Assembly: GCA_016721865.1 (NCBI GenBank)
Contig: JADKHF010000006.1
Coordinates: 4,235 to 68,234, forward strand
Length of the DNA stretch: 64,000 nt
Reading direction: 5' to 3'
Source of the DNA: Nitrosomonas sp.
GTDB taxonomy: Bacteria; Pseudomonadota; Gammaproteobacteria; Burkholderiales; Nitrosomonadaceae
Part shown: positions 32,452 to 44,404 of the stretch, piece by piece
Position numbering within the stretch: position 1 is the stretch's first letter
Layout of the letters: the number at the start of each line of letters is the position of its first letter
Notes under the pieces: generated by a model
Database searches by the model: none
The model's input: the letters and a program-made list of their open reading frames with translations, nothing else
What the model was told of the DNA's origin: nothing
Program-made: the position numbers and the translations under genes

Positions 32452-32892
32452 ATGAATATGATGCATTTGGTTAAACAACAAAAGGCAAAAGCCGTACGTG
32501 GGTTTACACTTCTTGAGTTGCTCGTTGTGATGGTTATCATTGGTTTGCTGGCTGCCTATGTTGGGCCTAAATACTTTTCACAAGTCGGCAAATCAGAAAT
32601 TAAAATGGCTCAAGCGCAAATCGATGCGTTGGAAAAGGCATTGCATCAATATCGTTTGGATGTGGGGAGCTATCCAGCCACCGAGCTGGGATTAACTGCA
32701 CTGGTCGCACGCCCCAATAATGAATCAAGATGGCAGGGGCCTTATCTTTCAAAATTACCGCCGGCGGATCCTTGGGGGCGTGCCTATGTCTATAAATATC
32801 CCGGCGAACGTGCGGAATTCGATTTGCTCTCTTACGGAAAAGATGGACAACCGGGCGGTGAGGGTGAAGCAGCTGATATAACAAATTGGTAA
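32452..32892 (+). CDS. gspG: T2SS major pseudopilin
   Basis: GFTLLELLVV, YRLDVGSYP, WQGPYL, DPWG, SYGKDGQPGGEG..ADI. Confidence 0.95.
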   Translation: MNMMHLVKQQKAKAVRGFTLLELLVVMVIIGLLAAYVGPKYFSQVGKSEIKMAQAQIDALEKALHQYRLDVGSYPATELGLTALVARPNNESRWQGPYLSKLPPADPWGRAYVYKYPGERAEFDLLSYGKDGQPGGEGEAADITNW

Positions 32893-32901
32893 ATCCCAGT
32901 A

Positions 32902-34085
32902 ATGCGCTATGAAGTGAAAGCAGTTTTGTCCGGACAAGGTACTGTGTACCTTGAACTGGAAGCTAACAATGAGGAGGAAGCTCGTCTTCAGGTTATTGAG
33001 CAAGGCGGCATGGTTTTAAGTATACGGCGAAGCTTTTCAGGTTTTTCGCTGAAATCGAAAAGTCATTTTCCACTAGTACATTTCAGCCAGGAATTGCTTT
33101 CATTACAAACCGCGGGACTCAGTCTGGTAGAAAGTATTGAAACCTTGCTGGAGAAAGAGCAAGACACAGGTAATCGCAAAATTATCGAGAATATCCTTGC
33201 AAGACTTTATGAAGGGGTAACCTTCTCGCAGGCACTGGGAGAGTATCCCCAAGCATTTCCGCCTTTGTATATTGCAACTGTGCGTGCCAGTGAACGAACC
33301 GGAGATCTCGCGGAAGCTTTAACACGATTTATTACCTACCAGACACAGATGGATTTTGTGCGCAAAAAACTGGTCGGTGCGTCGATATACCCTGTGCTGT
33401 TACTGGTTATTGGTTTTCTGGTTTCTATCTTTTTGCTAGTGTTTGTTGTTCCCAAATTCAGCGCCATTTATGACGATATGGGCAGCGATTTACCCTGGCT
33501 TTCATTATTATTGATTAAATGGGGCAATTTGTCCATGAACGAGGCTGGGAATTGGCCATTGCAACTGCGGGCATGCTTGCTGTGACAATCTACACAGTAA
33601 GTCGGCCAGCTTTCCGCGCTAATGTCATGCGCTTATTGTGGCGCATTCCAGCGATTGGTGAACACATGCGTGTTTATCAATTGGCCCGTTTTTACAAAAC
33701 ACTGGGTATGCTGTTACGTGGCGGAATTCCTATTACACAAGCATTGGAAATGGTTAGCGGATTGCTGCAACCTCATTTTCGGCCAAACGTTAATGCAGCG
33801 GCCAGGCATATTCGTGAAGGCAAAACGATTTCCAGTGCGATGGAACTGGAAGGATTAACCACCGCTGTGGGTAATCGCATGCTTCGCGTTGGCGAGAGAA
33901 CTGGTTTGATGGGAGATATGATGGAGCGAATCGGTAATTTTCACGATGAAGAAATTGCCCGTTGGGTTGAGTGGACAACCAAGCTGATTGAGCCGCTACT
34001 GATGGCGGTCATCGGCATCGTGATTGGCGGTATTATTATTCTTATGTATATGCCAATATTTGAATTGGCAGGAAGCATCAATTGA
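32902..34085 (+). CDS. gspF: T2SS inner-membrane platform protein (frameshift in G run near 33522)
   Basis: Two T2SSF domains (SERTGDL; GERTG), YP..LL, VVPKF, EPLLM, MPIF. Confidence 0.9.
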
Positions 34086-35772
34086 TTGAAGCATCAATAC
34101 AATCCGGGAACAAGCAACCGATTGATATCAATCGCCTGGCTGATATCCGGCGGAAAGCATTCGAGCAAGGCATTTCTGTTATCCAGATACTGGAAGATAC
34201 CGGCGGTTATACTCCCGATGAGCTTGTGCAACAGTTAGGGCAACTACTGCATATACCAGTGCTGGAAATGAAAGCAATCCATACCTTGAATCCGGCATTT
34301 GACCGGTTGCCTTTCGCGGAAGCAATCATGCATGAGTGTGCATTGTTTCGTCGAGACCAGAACTATTTGCTCGCTGTCAGTAATCCATTTTCAAGCAAAT
34401 TACGTGCATGGGCTGAAGAACGTTTTGATATGGCTGTTGAATGGTATTTGGTACATCCGGCTGACCTGACCGCTTTTTTGCGCAACAAGAAAAAACCATG
34501 CGCGCCATGGATCAGGTATTACCCGCCACTGAGCTAGACAATATACAGAGCGGCATCGAAGATTTATCGTTAAAGAGCATCAACGCGGGCACCAGTCAGG
34601 TTGTGCGGTTGGTGCATTCTACGTTGTATGACGCGCACAAATCCCAAGCCAGTGATATTCACCTGGAAATGACAACGAGCGCCCTCTCTATCAAATACCG
34701 CATTGATGGTGTATTAACATCCATTGGTGTCATGCAGGGCGGAGATTTGGCCGAACAAGTCATTTCTAGAATTAAAGTGATGTCTGAATTGGACATTGCT
34801 GAGCGCCGGGTACCGCAAGACGGCCGATTTAAGATTTCTATCCAGGGACGGGAAATTGATTTTCGTGTTTCCATCATGCCGAGTATTTTTGGCGAAGACG
34901 CTGTCTTGCGTATTCTTGACCGGCAAGCGCTTTCCGATCATATTGAAGGGTTGACATTAAACCAATTGGGTTTTAATCAGGCAGCCATTGCGAGTATTCG
35001 CCGCCTTAGCTCGGAACCTTATGGGATGTTGCTGGTTACGGGTCCAACCGGCAGTGGTAAAACGACATCGCTCTATGCCGCGATATCTGAAGTGAATCAT
35101 GGTCACGACAAAATTGTTACCATTGAAGATCCGATTGAATATCAGTTACCCGGTGTTTTGCAAATACCGGTTAATGAGAAAAAAGGGCTGACCTTTGCGC
35201 GGGGGCTACGCTCGATCCTGCGTCATGATCCTGACAAAATAATGGTGGGTGAGATTCGTGACGCTGAAACAGCGCAAATTGCCATACAGGCGGCACTGAC
35301 CGGACATCTTGTATTTACAACTGTTCATGCGAATAATGTGTTTGATGTCATTGGACGCTTCTCCCATATGGGTGTGGATCCTTACAGCTTTGTGTCTGCC
35401 TTGAACGGGATTGTTGCGCAGAGATTAGTACGTTTGCTATGTGTACACTGCGCAGTGGATGAACGCCCGGATGAGACACTGATTGCGGAATCCGGAATTC
35501 CCGCCGACGAAGTGAGTCAATTTAAGTTTCGTAGTGGAAAAGGTTGCGGTCAATGCCGGGGAAGCGGGTATCGGGGAAGAAATGCGATTGCCGAAATTCT
35601 GATTCGGAATGATGAAATCCGGGAACTTATCGTTGCACAAGAACCGATACGTCGAATCAAAGAAGCGGCAAGAAATAATGGCACGCGCTTTCTCAGAGAA
35701 GGTGCTTTGGATATGGTCAAGCAAGGATTAACCAGCTTAGAGGAGGCGAACCGTGTCACGATTGTGGCGTGA
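34082..35772 (+). CDS. gspE: T2SS ATPase (frameshift in T run near 34476)
   Basis: ASDIH, PQDGR, GPTGSGKTT, TIEDPIE, LRHDPD, TGHLV, two CxxC. Confidence 0.92.
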
Positions 35773-36586
35773 TCAGATTCAGGTCTTTCTGGCGCCTGAA
35801 CGGGTGGATCTGGTTCGTTCAGCGCGTGGTTTTAAGTCAGTGCAGGCCACTAAAGTGACGGTAATATGTGAGCTTGTTCAAGGTGCGCCTATTTGGGAAT
35901 CCGCCTTGCGCCAATTGGAAGAAAAACTGGCGGATGCGGCTGGCACGGAACTTGCTGTTACGCTGTCAAATCATTTTGTCCGCTATGTTGCGCTGCCGCC
36001 GCAAGCAGAAATAATCTCGCCGGAGGAAGTTAAGTCCTATGCCACTTTCCGTATGCGCGAAGTTTATGCTGAACGTGTTGATTCGTGGATACTCAGTGTC
36101 AGTGAATGGAGTCCGCTGAACGGCGCTGTTTGTGCGGCAATTCCCCGCGATTTGATGGCACGACTGGAAGAGATGGCTGTACGTTATCAATTTAAACTGA
36201 AAGAAACCGAGCCTTATTTGGCATCTGCTTATGATCGCTGGCAAAAGCTATTGAGCGGCAACAAAATATACTTTGTTGTGATAGAAACCGGGCGGATTTG
36301 TATTGCCTTATTGATAAACGGAATTTGGCACAGTATACGTAATCAGCGAATTCTGCAGAATGTGGCGAATGAGCTTCTCGCCGCGCTGGATCAGCAGGCG
36401 GTACTGTCTGGAAATAAAGAAACCGTTGAGCTGGTTCACTTGTTTGCGCCAGAGCATCCAGATTTATCACTGCCAGAGAACTGTGGATGGAGTATTGTTC
36501 CGATAGAAATCGGGCAAATACCTGTATTGGCACATTATCCAACTGTGCCGACCGATTATGCCGGGATGAATGAATGCCTCGCTTAA
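35753..36586 (+). CDS. PilM/GspL-like cytoplasmic component
   Basis: Position after gspE; VTLSNHFVRY motif; overlapping start. Confidence 0.6.
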   Translation: MSRLWRDQIQVFLAPERVDLVRSARGFKSVQATKVTVICELVQGAPIWESALRQLEEKLADAAGTELAVTLSNHFVRYVALPPQAEIISPEEVKSYATFRMREVYAERVDSWILSVSEWSPLNGAVCAAIPRDLMARLEEMAVRYQFKLKETEPYLASAYDRWQKLLSGNKIYFVVIETGRICIALLINGIWHSIRNQRILQNVANELLAALDQQAVLSGNKETVELVHLFAPEHPDLSLPENCGWSIVPIEIGQIPVLAHYPTVPTDYAGMNECLA

Positions 36587-37122
36587 GATTAAAATTTCCC
36601 GATCACGGGCAGTCAACTCCGCGGATTGATTTCTCGGTTCTGCTCATTGGATTGCTGGTACTTGCCGGTGTGCTTTTGCAATTCCGGCAACTTACTGAAG
36701 AAGTGAATTATTGGACTAACCGCGTCGAGCATTTGGAAAAACAGCAACAACAAAAGACCTCGCCACGTACTCGTGGAACGCCACGGGTCAAAGAATTTAG
36801 TCAGGAAATTCGCAAAGAAATTATCCAAGCCAATGCGACTTTGGATCAAATTAATTTACCCTGGGAAGCATTATTTGATTCAATCGAACGTGCAGCTACT
36901 GAAGAAATTGCGCTATTATCATTGCAACCAACCGTGTCTAACCGGACCTTACGTATCAGTGGTGAAGCTAAGAATATGTCTGAGTTACTCGATTTTGTAG
37001 AAGCACTGGAACGTGAATTGACTTTTGAAAATGTACATTTGTTAAATTACAAAATAAAACAAGATAATCCACATCGTCCGATTGTTTTTCTTCTGACTGC
37101 TGCATGGATTCAGGTCTCTTGA
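36574..37122 (+). CDS. PilN-like protein
   Basis: Single TM, coiled coil, LPWEALF..IE, LRISGEAK. Confidence 0.7.
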   Translation: MPRLRLKFPDHGQSTPRIDFSVLLIGLLVLAGVLLQFRQLTEEVNYWTNRVEHLEKQQQQKTSPRTRGTPRVKEFSQEIRKEIIQANATLDQINLPWEALFDSIERAATEEIALLSLQPTVSNRTLRISGEAKNMSELLDFVEALERELTFENVHLLNYKIKQDNPHRPIVFLLTAAWIQVS

Positions 37123-37700
37123 AAACTGAAACACTCCAAACACAATTAAATCAACTGGCGTTGCTGCTGCGTTGGCAGGCGAGCCGCCTCGGTATTATTG
37201 GTAAGATCGGTTTAGGTTTGCTTGTTGCCGCCGGCATCTATTTTTTCTCGGCAGTTTTGCCGCAAGAATCGACTTTGCTGAAACTGAAAGAGCGCGCTGA
37301 TATTCTTCAGATGCAGGCATTATCCAAACAAATTCCTGGCGAAACGGAAACCGCAAAACAAATGAGCGGCGATCAAGCACTGCAAGCGTTTTATGATTTC
37401 TTCCCGCGTATCGACTCATCACCATTCTGGATCCGTGAATTGGTGCAGCTCGCCAAGAAACAAGGGGTAGAACTCAGCAGTAGTGAATATCGCCTGATTA
37501 ATGAGAATGACGCACGTTTAGCCCGTTATGAGATGATATTGCCGGTAAAGGGCAGATATCCTCAAATACGTGCTTTTATGGCTGATGCGCTTGAGACTGT
37601 TCCTGCCATGGCAATTTCTGCTATCGCCATTAAACGTGAGAATGTCACCGCTGAAAACCTTGAAGCTCGTCTTGAAATTAATCTTTACTTGAATAAATAA
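37104..37700 (+). CDS. PilO/GspM-like protein
   Basis: Single TM; LPVKGRYPQIRAF. Confidence 0.7.
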   Translation: MDSGLLKTETLQTQLNQLALLLRWQASRLGIIGKIGLGLLVAAGIYFFSAVLPQESTLLKLKERADILQMQALSKQIPGETETAKQMSGDQALQAFYDFFPRIDSSPFWIRELVQLAKKQGVELSSSEYRLINENDARLARYEMILPVKGRYPQIRAFMADALETVPAMAISAIAIKRENVTAENLEARLEINLYLNK

Positions 37701-37705
37701 ACAAG

Positions 37706-38264
37706 ATGGATCAAGCTGAAAAAAAACGAAAATTGATTGTAGGCGGCGCTTTGGTTGCAACATTGATCGCCGCTGTGTTAGTTGAAGAGGAAGAGGCATT
37801 GATCGATCCAGTAGATACCATACAACCGGTTAAACCATCCGGTGATCGGGTAAAGAATCAGGAAAATAATGCTGGGCAACTGGATGTTAGTAAACTTGGG
37901 CAAAGAAAATTCAACGCCTTGGCTGGAGAACTTTTGCATCCACCACATGGGCACCCAGGCAACCTCAAGCCAATCTCCAGGCACAAGCCCCTACCGTAGC
38001 GCAAGCCGCAAAAGCTTCTGCTCCCCTCCAGCGCCAACAGCTCCTCCCCTTTCGTTCAAATATAACGGGAAGGCAATTACAGATAATGAAACATGGGTGT
38101 TTCTTTCTCAATCAGGAGTAAATCACATTACTAAAATTGGCGGAAAGATTAATCCTGAATATCGCCTGGATTCTATCAATGATGATGCGATTACAATGAC
38201 TTATTTGCCTCTTAATGTAAAACAGACACTCACGATCAATAATAAAATAGCGGGAAATTTTTGA
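37706..38264 (+). CDS. GspC/PilP-like secretion component (two apparent frameshifts)
   Basis: N-terminal TM, Pro-rich linker, APPLSFKY.GK...VFL...YRLDSI...TYLPL. Confidence 0.6.
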
Positions 38265-40535
38265 TGAGAAGCTGGAGAATTCTTATTCTTAGCATTCTGC
38301 TTGCGATCGCGACAGGATGTGCCATTAATAACAAAACATTCGGTACCAGGAATATTGCATTTGATGAGGGGCAGAAGCGGATAACTGAAGGCAAGTTTGA
38401 AAGTGGATTGCAAAAACTCGAGGAAGCGGCGCGGGAGGAACCTGAGAATGCAGAAATTCGTACGGTGCTTAGACGTAGCCGTGACCAGATCAATGATAAA
38501 TTATTAGTTGATGCCGATAACGCAAGATTTTCTGGCGATTTGAATAAAGCTGAGCAAAATTATCAACGTGTATTGAACCTAGCTCCATTCAATGAGCGCG
38601 CAAAATCAGGCTTGGTAGCGCTCGAATTAGAACGCCGTCATATCGCCTCCATTGATACTGCAAAAGAATTGCTGGCACGCGATGATGTCACTGGGGCGGA
38701 AGCGCTCATCAATGCCGTACTGCAAGAGAATACAGCACAATCGCATGCTCGCCAATTGAGATCAGAGATCAATTCACGCTTGGTACGCACCGAAGTTACT
38801 GAATTAACATTGGAAACCGCTTTTAAAACACCACTCACCATAGAATTCAAGGAAACAGACCTGAAATCAGCATTTGAAATCATGGCGCGTACAGCCGGTA
38901 TTAATTTTGTTTTCGATAAGGATATTCGACAAGAGACAAAAGTTTCTATTTTTGTTCGGAATAATACGATTGAAGATGTTCTTAAACTAATACTCATGAC
39001 CAATCAATTAACCTATAAGGTGCTCAATAGCAACTCGGTATTGATATACCCGAATACCCCTGCCAAGCAGAAAGATTATCAGGAACTGGTCGTGCGTAGT
39101 TTTCATGTAGCGCATACGGATGTAAAGCAAATGGTCGCCATGATCAGAGGCATCGTCAAAGCAAAAGATATTTATGTCAATGAACAATTGAACTTGTTTG
39201 TCATGAGGGATACGCTCGAAACAATTCGCCTTGTGGAGCGATTACTCACATTAAATGATATGGCCGAACCGGAGGTCGTGTTAGATGTTGCAGTACTTGA
39301 AATTGACCGCAATAACGAATTTCTACTAGGACCTAAACTTCCTACATCAGTCACATATAGTGCCGTACCTGGGGCGACTGGCGCACTGCCGCTCGATCAA
39401 TTTACATTTGACGGTCTTAAAAGCTTTACGATGCAAAGCCAAGTAGTGATAGATTTTAAACAAACCCTCTCAAATGCAGACGTACTCGCCAATCCCAGAA
39501 TTCGGGTAGCAAATCGTGAAAAAGCGAAGATTCACATTGGTTCAAAGGAGCCATTTTTCTCGGCCAATGTTCAACCCGGTATTAATTCTATTGTCACTTC
39601 AACCCCGACTTTTATCGACTTGGGAATCAAGCTGGATGTTGAGCCGCGCATTGGTTTGAATGATGATGTCACCATGAAAATCACTCTTGAAGTCAGCACG
39701 AAAACAGGAGATGCAACAGGTCCAGGTGGGGCAACTGCTCCCATCGTCGGAACCCGGAACTTGGAAACCATTCTGACATTGAAAATGCGGAAACACAGGT
39801 ATTGGCTGGACTCATTGATAATAGGAAACAAAATTAGTTGGCGGTATTGCGGGATTGATAAATATTCCCGGACTTGACCAATTGCCATCCAATCAAAATA
39901 TAAAACGGAAGAAAACGGAAATTGTGCTATTGATTACACCGCGTATCGTTCGGAACATTCCAAAACCAATCAATCTGGAAAATGAATATCATTTTGGTAC
40001 TGCCAGTGAGGCGGGTAAATTACCCGTTTCAATCAAAAAAACAACCGCGCAATCACTGTCGATTGCTCCGGTTGGAACAGGTCGCGGTGCTCTAAGAAAT
40101 GCGTCGGATGCTTTCACCCCATCGGATGATCAACAAGCTCCACCCAATCCTTTTGCCAATATCGCACCGCCACCCCCGTCACCGGGTGCGGCGACACTTA
40201 CTCTGCAAGCACCAACCAACGTTGGTCTGGATAAAGAATTTTCAGTAAATGTCCGGTTGGTTGGTGCAAAACCTACTGTTAATTCGGACCTGCAATTAAC
40301 TTACGAGGCCAGTGTGTTGGAAGCGCTGGATGGCGGAGATAAATCCGGTACACGCACAATCAAGTTGGGTAAAGACCTACCTACCGGCTTGGCGACACAG
40401 ATACGCTTCAAGGTGATTGCAGCAAACCCGGGCACAACAGAAATTAATGTCCAGAATGTTGCCGCAGAAGACACGGAAAATGGCGCTTCAGTCGAAGTAG
40501 CGCTACCGCCATCCGCAAGTGTTAATATCAAATAG
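38261..40535 (+). CDS. gspD: Secretin (GspD-like) lipoprotein with N-terminal TPR-like and C-terminal cohesin-like domains (frameshifts near 39783 and 39832)
   Basis: Lipobox-like ATGC; GINFVFDKD; LANPRIRV.NREKAKIHIG; GIKLDVEP; TEIVLLITPRIV; beta-rich tail. Confidence 0.85.
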
Positions 40536-40542
40536 GCGTGTT

Positions 40543-41058
40543 ATGGCGATTTCACCAGGAATCTCTGGCAAGCACAGGGGTTTTACGCTGATTGAATTAA
40601 TGATTGTTGTGGCGATCATGGCCATTATGGCAACAGCAGCAATGCCGTTGCGCGAGCTCATGGTCAAACGTGAAAAAGAGCAGGAGTTACGCGTAGCCCT
40701 GCGGCAGATACGCACTGCCATTGATGCTTATAAGCAAGCTGCCGACGAAGGACGTATCACCAAGAAAGCAGATGAAACCGGTTATCCTCCCCGATTGGAA
40801 GAATTGTTCATGGGTGTGCCGGATATTAAGAGTCAGGATAAGAAGATTATTTATTTTATGCGCCGCTTACCCAAGGACCCCATGTTCATTGAACTACTGG
40901 ATGTCGCCGGTATAACGGCGACTCCGGCGGTAGACACCTGGGGAAAGCGTAGCTACGAAAGTCCATGGGACAGTCCCAAAGAAGGCGATGATGTTTTTGA
41001 TGTTTATTCACGTTCAGAAGACATAGGCCTTAATGGCATTCCTTACCGGGATTGGTGA
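40543..41058 (+). CDS. Type II secretion pseudopilin
   Basis: GFTLIELMIVV, KREKEQELR.AL..IR.AIDAY, RRLPKDP, NGIPYRDW. Confidence 0.85.
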   Translation: MAISPGISGKHRGFTLIELMIVVAIMAIMATAAMPLRELMVKREKEQELRVALRQIRTAIDAYKQAADEGRITKKADETGYPPRLEELFMGVPDIKSQDKKIIYFMRRLPKDPMFIELLDVAGITATPAVDTWGKRSYESPWDSPKEGDDVFDVYSRSEDIGLNGIPYRDW

Positions 41059-41063
41059 TTGAT

Positions 41064-41447
41064 ATGCCTGGAAAGCTGAAGTGCAAGGGATTTACACTGA
41101 TCGAGCTGCTGGTGGTCATGGCAATCATCGCTACCTTACTAAGTCTTGTCGCTCCTCGCTATTTCAGTTCACTCGATAAAGCCAAAGAAGCCGTACTCCG
41201 CCAGGACCTCGGCATCATGCGTGATGCAATCGATCAGTTTTATTCCGATTTTGGAAAGTATCCCATTGATCTGGAAGAATTAGTCGATAAGAGATATTTG
41301 CGCAGCGTCCCGATAGACCCATTCACTGAGAATAACAAAAGCTGGATTGAAGTACCTCCAAAGAATCCATCTGAGACAGGCGTTTATGATGTTCACAGTG
41401 GCTATTCAGGACGCGCATCGGATGGCTCGTTTTATGAAGAATGGTAA
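41064..41447 (+). CDS. Type II secretion pseudopilin
   Basis: GFTLIELLVV, AIDQFYSDFGKYP, YLRSVPIDP. Confidence 0.85.
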   Translation: MPGKLKCKGFTLIELLVVMAIIATLLSLVAPRYFSSLDKAKEAVLRQDLGIMRDAIDQFYSDFGKYPIDLEELVDKRYLRSVPIDPFTENNKSWIEVPPKNPSETGVYDVHSGYSGRASDGSFYEEW

Positions 41448-42313
41448 GCGATTCCTGCTTGTTCAAATCTTCCTGGCAGAGGTATAGTATGCCGCAACTT
41501 GAAAATGGTTTTGTTTATCTCTGGGCTTTGTTTGCTATTGCTTTGGCTGGGATTGTCATGGCAGGAACGGGACAGGTATGGCAAGCCAAGTCTCTGCGGG
41601 AAAAAGAAGCTGAATTGCTATATATAGGAGAGCAATTCCGTAAAGCGGTCATGTCTTATTACAACACAGGACCTAAACAATATCCGGAATCTCTGGAAGA
41701 CTTGCTTCACGATACACGTACCCCGGCCGTCAAGCGCCATTTGCGGAAAATCTACACCGATCCGATAACCAACACAGCCGAGTGGGGACTCATTGAAGAG
41801 TCTCCTTCTGGCAATAGCTCAGCATCCAATAAGAGCGCAACACTTGCTAATAGCCCGACACCCAATAAAAACCCAACACTTGGTAATAGCTCAGCACCCA
41901 GTAATAATCAAGCATCAAGTGATAGTCCGCCGGCACCCAATGATAACTCAACGTCCGACAGTGCAGCGTCAAGTAGCAGCTCATTAATCAGTTCAAGTAT
42001 TAATAAGCGAATTATCGGGGTATATAGCCTCTCTGAAAAAAAGCCGATTAAAAAAGATAAATTTCCTGAGCATTTTAAGAAATTCTCGGAAGCGCTAACC
42101 CACCAGGATTGGAAGTTTGCCTATAAGCCAGGTGACACCAGCAACTCCACAAACCCAGCATCGAACCAGTCAAAACCGAATGCTACTTCGCCAACTGCTT
42201 CGCCTTTTGCGCCGCCATCTTCATCAACGGGAAATGCTTCACCTTTTGCACCGCAATCTTCATCAGCAGCTAATCCAAACGCACCTACACCCGGCTTCCC
42301 GCCAGCGCAATAA
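41441..42313 (+). CDS. Atypical pseudopilin-like protein with Ser/Pro/Asn-rich repeats
   Basis: GFVYL prepilin-like segment, REKEAELL.IG, RHLRKIYTDP, IIGVYS; low-complexity inserts. Confidence 0.75.
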   Translation: MVSDSCLFKSSWQRYSMPQLENGFVYLWALFAIALAGIVMAGTGQVWQAKSLREKEAELLYIGEQFRKAVMSYYNTGPKQYPESLEDLLHDTRTPAVKRHLRKIYTDPITNTAEWGLIEESPSGNSSASNKSATLANSPTPNKNPTLGNSSAPSNNQASSDSPPAPNDNSTSDSAASSSSSLISSSINKRIIGVYSLSEKKPIKKDKFPEHFKKFSEALTHQDWKFAYKPGDTSNSTNPASNQSKPNATSPTASPFAPPSSSTGNASPFAPQSSSAANPNAPTPGFPPAQ

Positions 42314-42456
42314 CGGAAATCATATAGAGCGTGGATCTATCACCATGTATGATCTCGTAATGCGGATATACATGGGGAAGAAGTTCAGCGTTAACTTTAA
42401 GATTTCCGTGGTCTTGCCGCAGGTACTACGGCGCAGGGCGTGCGGAGCAAATTTAT

Positions 42457-42846
42457 TTATATTTCTGCGCTGCGATAAGCCGTCACCTGAATTTCAATTT
42501 TCATGCGCGGATCGGATAATCCGGCAGCAAGCATCATGGCCGACGGCCGGACATCGCCCAGATACTTGCGCATAATCGGCCAGCATTTTTCAAAATCCTC
42601 GGCGTCAGGAAACACATACGTCACGCGCACCACATCTTTCATGTTCGATCCTGCTTCATTCAGTGCCGCTTCAATGTTCTTGAAGCATTGCTCAGCCTGT
42701 TCCAATAGATCATCAGAAATGGTCATTTTGCTGTAATCAAATCCTGTTGTGCCGGATACCAGAATCCAGTTGCCTTCAACTACCGCGCGCGAATAACCGA
42801 TTTCATGTTCAAATGTAGAGCCTGAGCTGATGAGTTTACGTACCAT
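42457..42846 (-). CDS. RidA family protein
   Basis: IGYSRAV, VSGTTG, DVVRV, RP, KIEIQV. Confidence 0.9.
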   Translation of the reverse strand: MVRKLISSGSTFEHEIGYSRAVVEGNWILVSGTTGFDYSKMTISDDLLEQAEQCFKNIEAALNEAGSNMKDVVRVTYVFPDAEDFEKCWPIMRKYLGDVRPSAMMLAAGLSDPRMKIEIQVTAYRSAEI

Positions 42847-42961
42847 ACTGTTTTATCCTTCTATTTAATTTAAAAAAATTTACGTAAGATACCACTATAA
42901 TTGCGCACCGAGTCAGTTGCAAAGCAAGTTTTAACCGGTACTTCAAAGCTGAAAATAAACA

Positions 42962-44404
42962 ATGTCTATTACACTTTACTGGCATGACTATGAAACTTTT
43001 GGCGCGGATCCACGGCGAGACCGGCCTGCTCAATTTGCCGGGGTTCGTACCGATGAGGCTTTGAATGAAATAGGTGAGCCGCTGGTTATTTATTGTAAGC
43101 CAGCATGCGACTTCCTGCCGCATCCGGAAGCGTGCTTACTCACCGGAATTACGCCGCAACTAGCCAATGAACGGGGAAAGCTTGAACCGGAATTTATTGC
43201 GCGTATTCATGCAGAATTTGCGCAACCGAATACCTGCGGAGTCGGCTACAATTCGCTGCGTTTTGACGATGAAGTGACGCGCTTTACCCTCTATCGCAAT
43301 TTCTATGATCCCTATGCGCGTGAATGGCAACAAGGCAATTCGCGTTGGGATATCATTGATCTGGTGCGTATGACGTATGCGCTACGTCCGTCTGGTATTG
43401 TCTGGCCGCAGCATGAAGAAGGCCAGCCCAGTTTCCGGTTGGAGGACTTAGTGTCTGCAAACGCTATTCTGCATGAGTCTGCGCATGACGCTTTATCCGA
43501 TGTGCGCGCAACCATCGCATTGGCCCGCCTGCTGCGCACACAGCAACCGCGTCTCTACGATTGGCTTTTTCAATTGCGCGATAAGCGCAAGGCTGCAACC
43601 CAGCTTGATTTATCCACCCACAATCCAGTTCTACACACAACACGCATGTACCCGGCCAAAACCGGCTGTACCTCGCTCGTAATGCCACTTATTATGGAGC
43701 CGGGAAACAACAATAGTGTGCTGGTTTATGATTTGCGCCAAGATCCGGACATGTTTCTACCGTTGGATGCTGACGAACTGAGTCAATTGCTATTCACCCG
43801 CAACGACGATTTGCCCGAGGGCATGCAACGGCTACCTGTCAAATCAGTGAAAATTAATAAGTGCCCGGCGCTGGCGCCTCGTAATACCCTGGATGCCGAA
43901 GCCGCCGAACGCATCGCGCTCGATATGAACGCGTGTTACCGGCATTGGCAGAAATTGTGCGCAGTTCCGGATTTCTTCCAGCGCGTGGCGACAGCTTATA
44001 CCAGCTGTACGTTTGAACATTCCGGCGATGTGGATGTGGCTTTGTATGATAGTTTCCTGGACAATGCGGATGCTTCATCATTGACACAGATACGTCGCGC
44101 CCGACCGAAAGAACTGGCAAAATTGCAATTTGATTTTTACGATAAGCGGCTACCAGAACTCCTATTCCGCTATCGTGCGCGTAACTGGCCGGAAACATTG
44201 AGCAAGACTGAATCCCGGCGATGGCATCAAATGTGCTTGCAACGCCTTACACAAGACACTGGTGGAGCGAATATTACCTTTGCCGAATTCTCAGCACAAA
44301 TTGGATTATTGCGTAATGCAAGCATTACCGATGAAAATGCCCAGTGGATATTGGATGATCTGGAAGCCTGGGGTAAAAAATTACTGGCAGCTTGTCGGAC
44401 TTAA
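42962..44404 (+). CDS. sbcB: Exodeoxyribonuclease I
   Basis: HDYETFG..PRRDRPAQFAG, GYNSLRFDDE, AHDALSDV, FRYRARN. Confidence 0.96.
   Translation: MSITLYWHDYETFGADPRRDRPAQFAGVRTDEALNEIGEPLVIYCKPACDFLPHPEACLLTGITPQLANERGKLEPEFIARIHAEFAQPNTCGVGYNSLRFDDEVTRFTLYRNFYDPYAREWQQGNSRWDIIDLVRMTYALRPSGIVWPQHEEGQPSFRLEDLVSANAILHESAHDALSDVRATIALARLLRTQQPRLYDWLFQLRDKRKAATQLDLSTHNPVLHTTRMYPAKTGCTSLVMPLIMEPGNNNSVLVYDLRQDPDMFLPLDADELSQLLFTRNDDLPEGMQRLPVKSVKINKCPALAPRNTLDAEAAERIALDMNACYRHWQKLCAVPDFFQRVATAYTSCTFEHSGDVDVALYDSFLDNADASSLTQIRRARPKELAKLQFDFYDKRLPELLFRYRARNWPETLSKTESRRWHQMCLQRLTQDTGGANITFAEFSAQIGLLRNASITDENAQWILDDLEAWGKKLLAACRT

Noticed and set aside
41810-41960. 36-nt periodic repeats as a CRISPR array
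   Set aside because: Degenerate, contiguous, in frame within a CDS, no spacers and no cas genes
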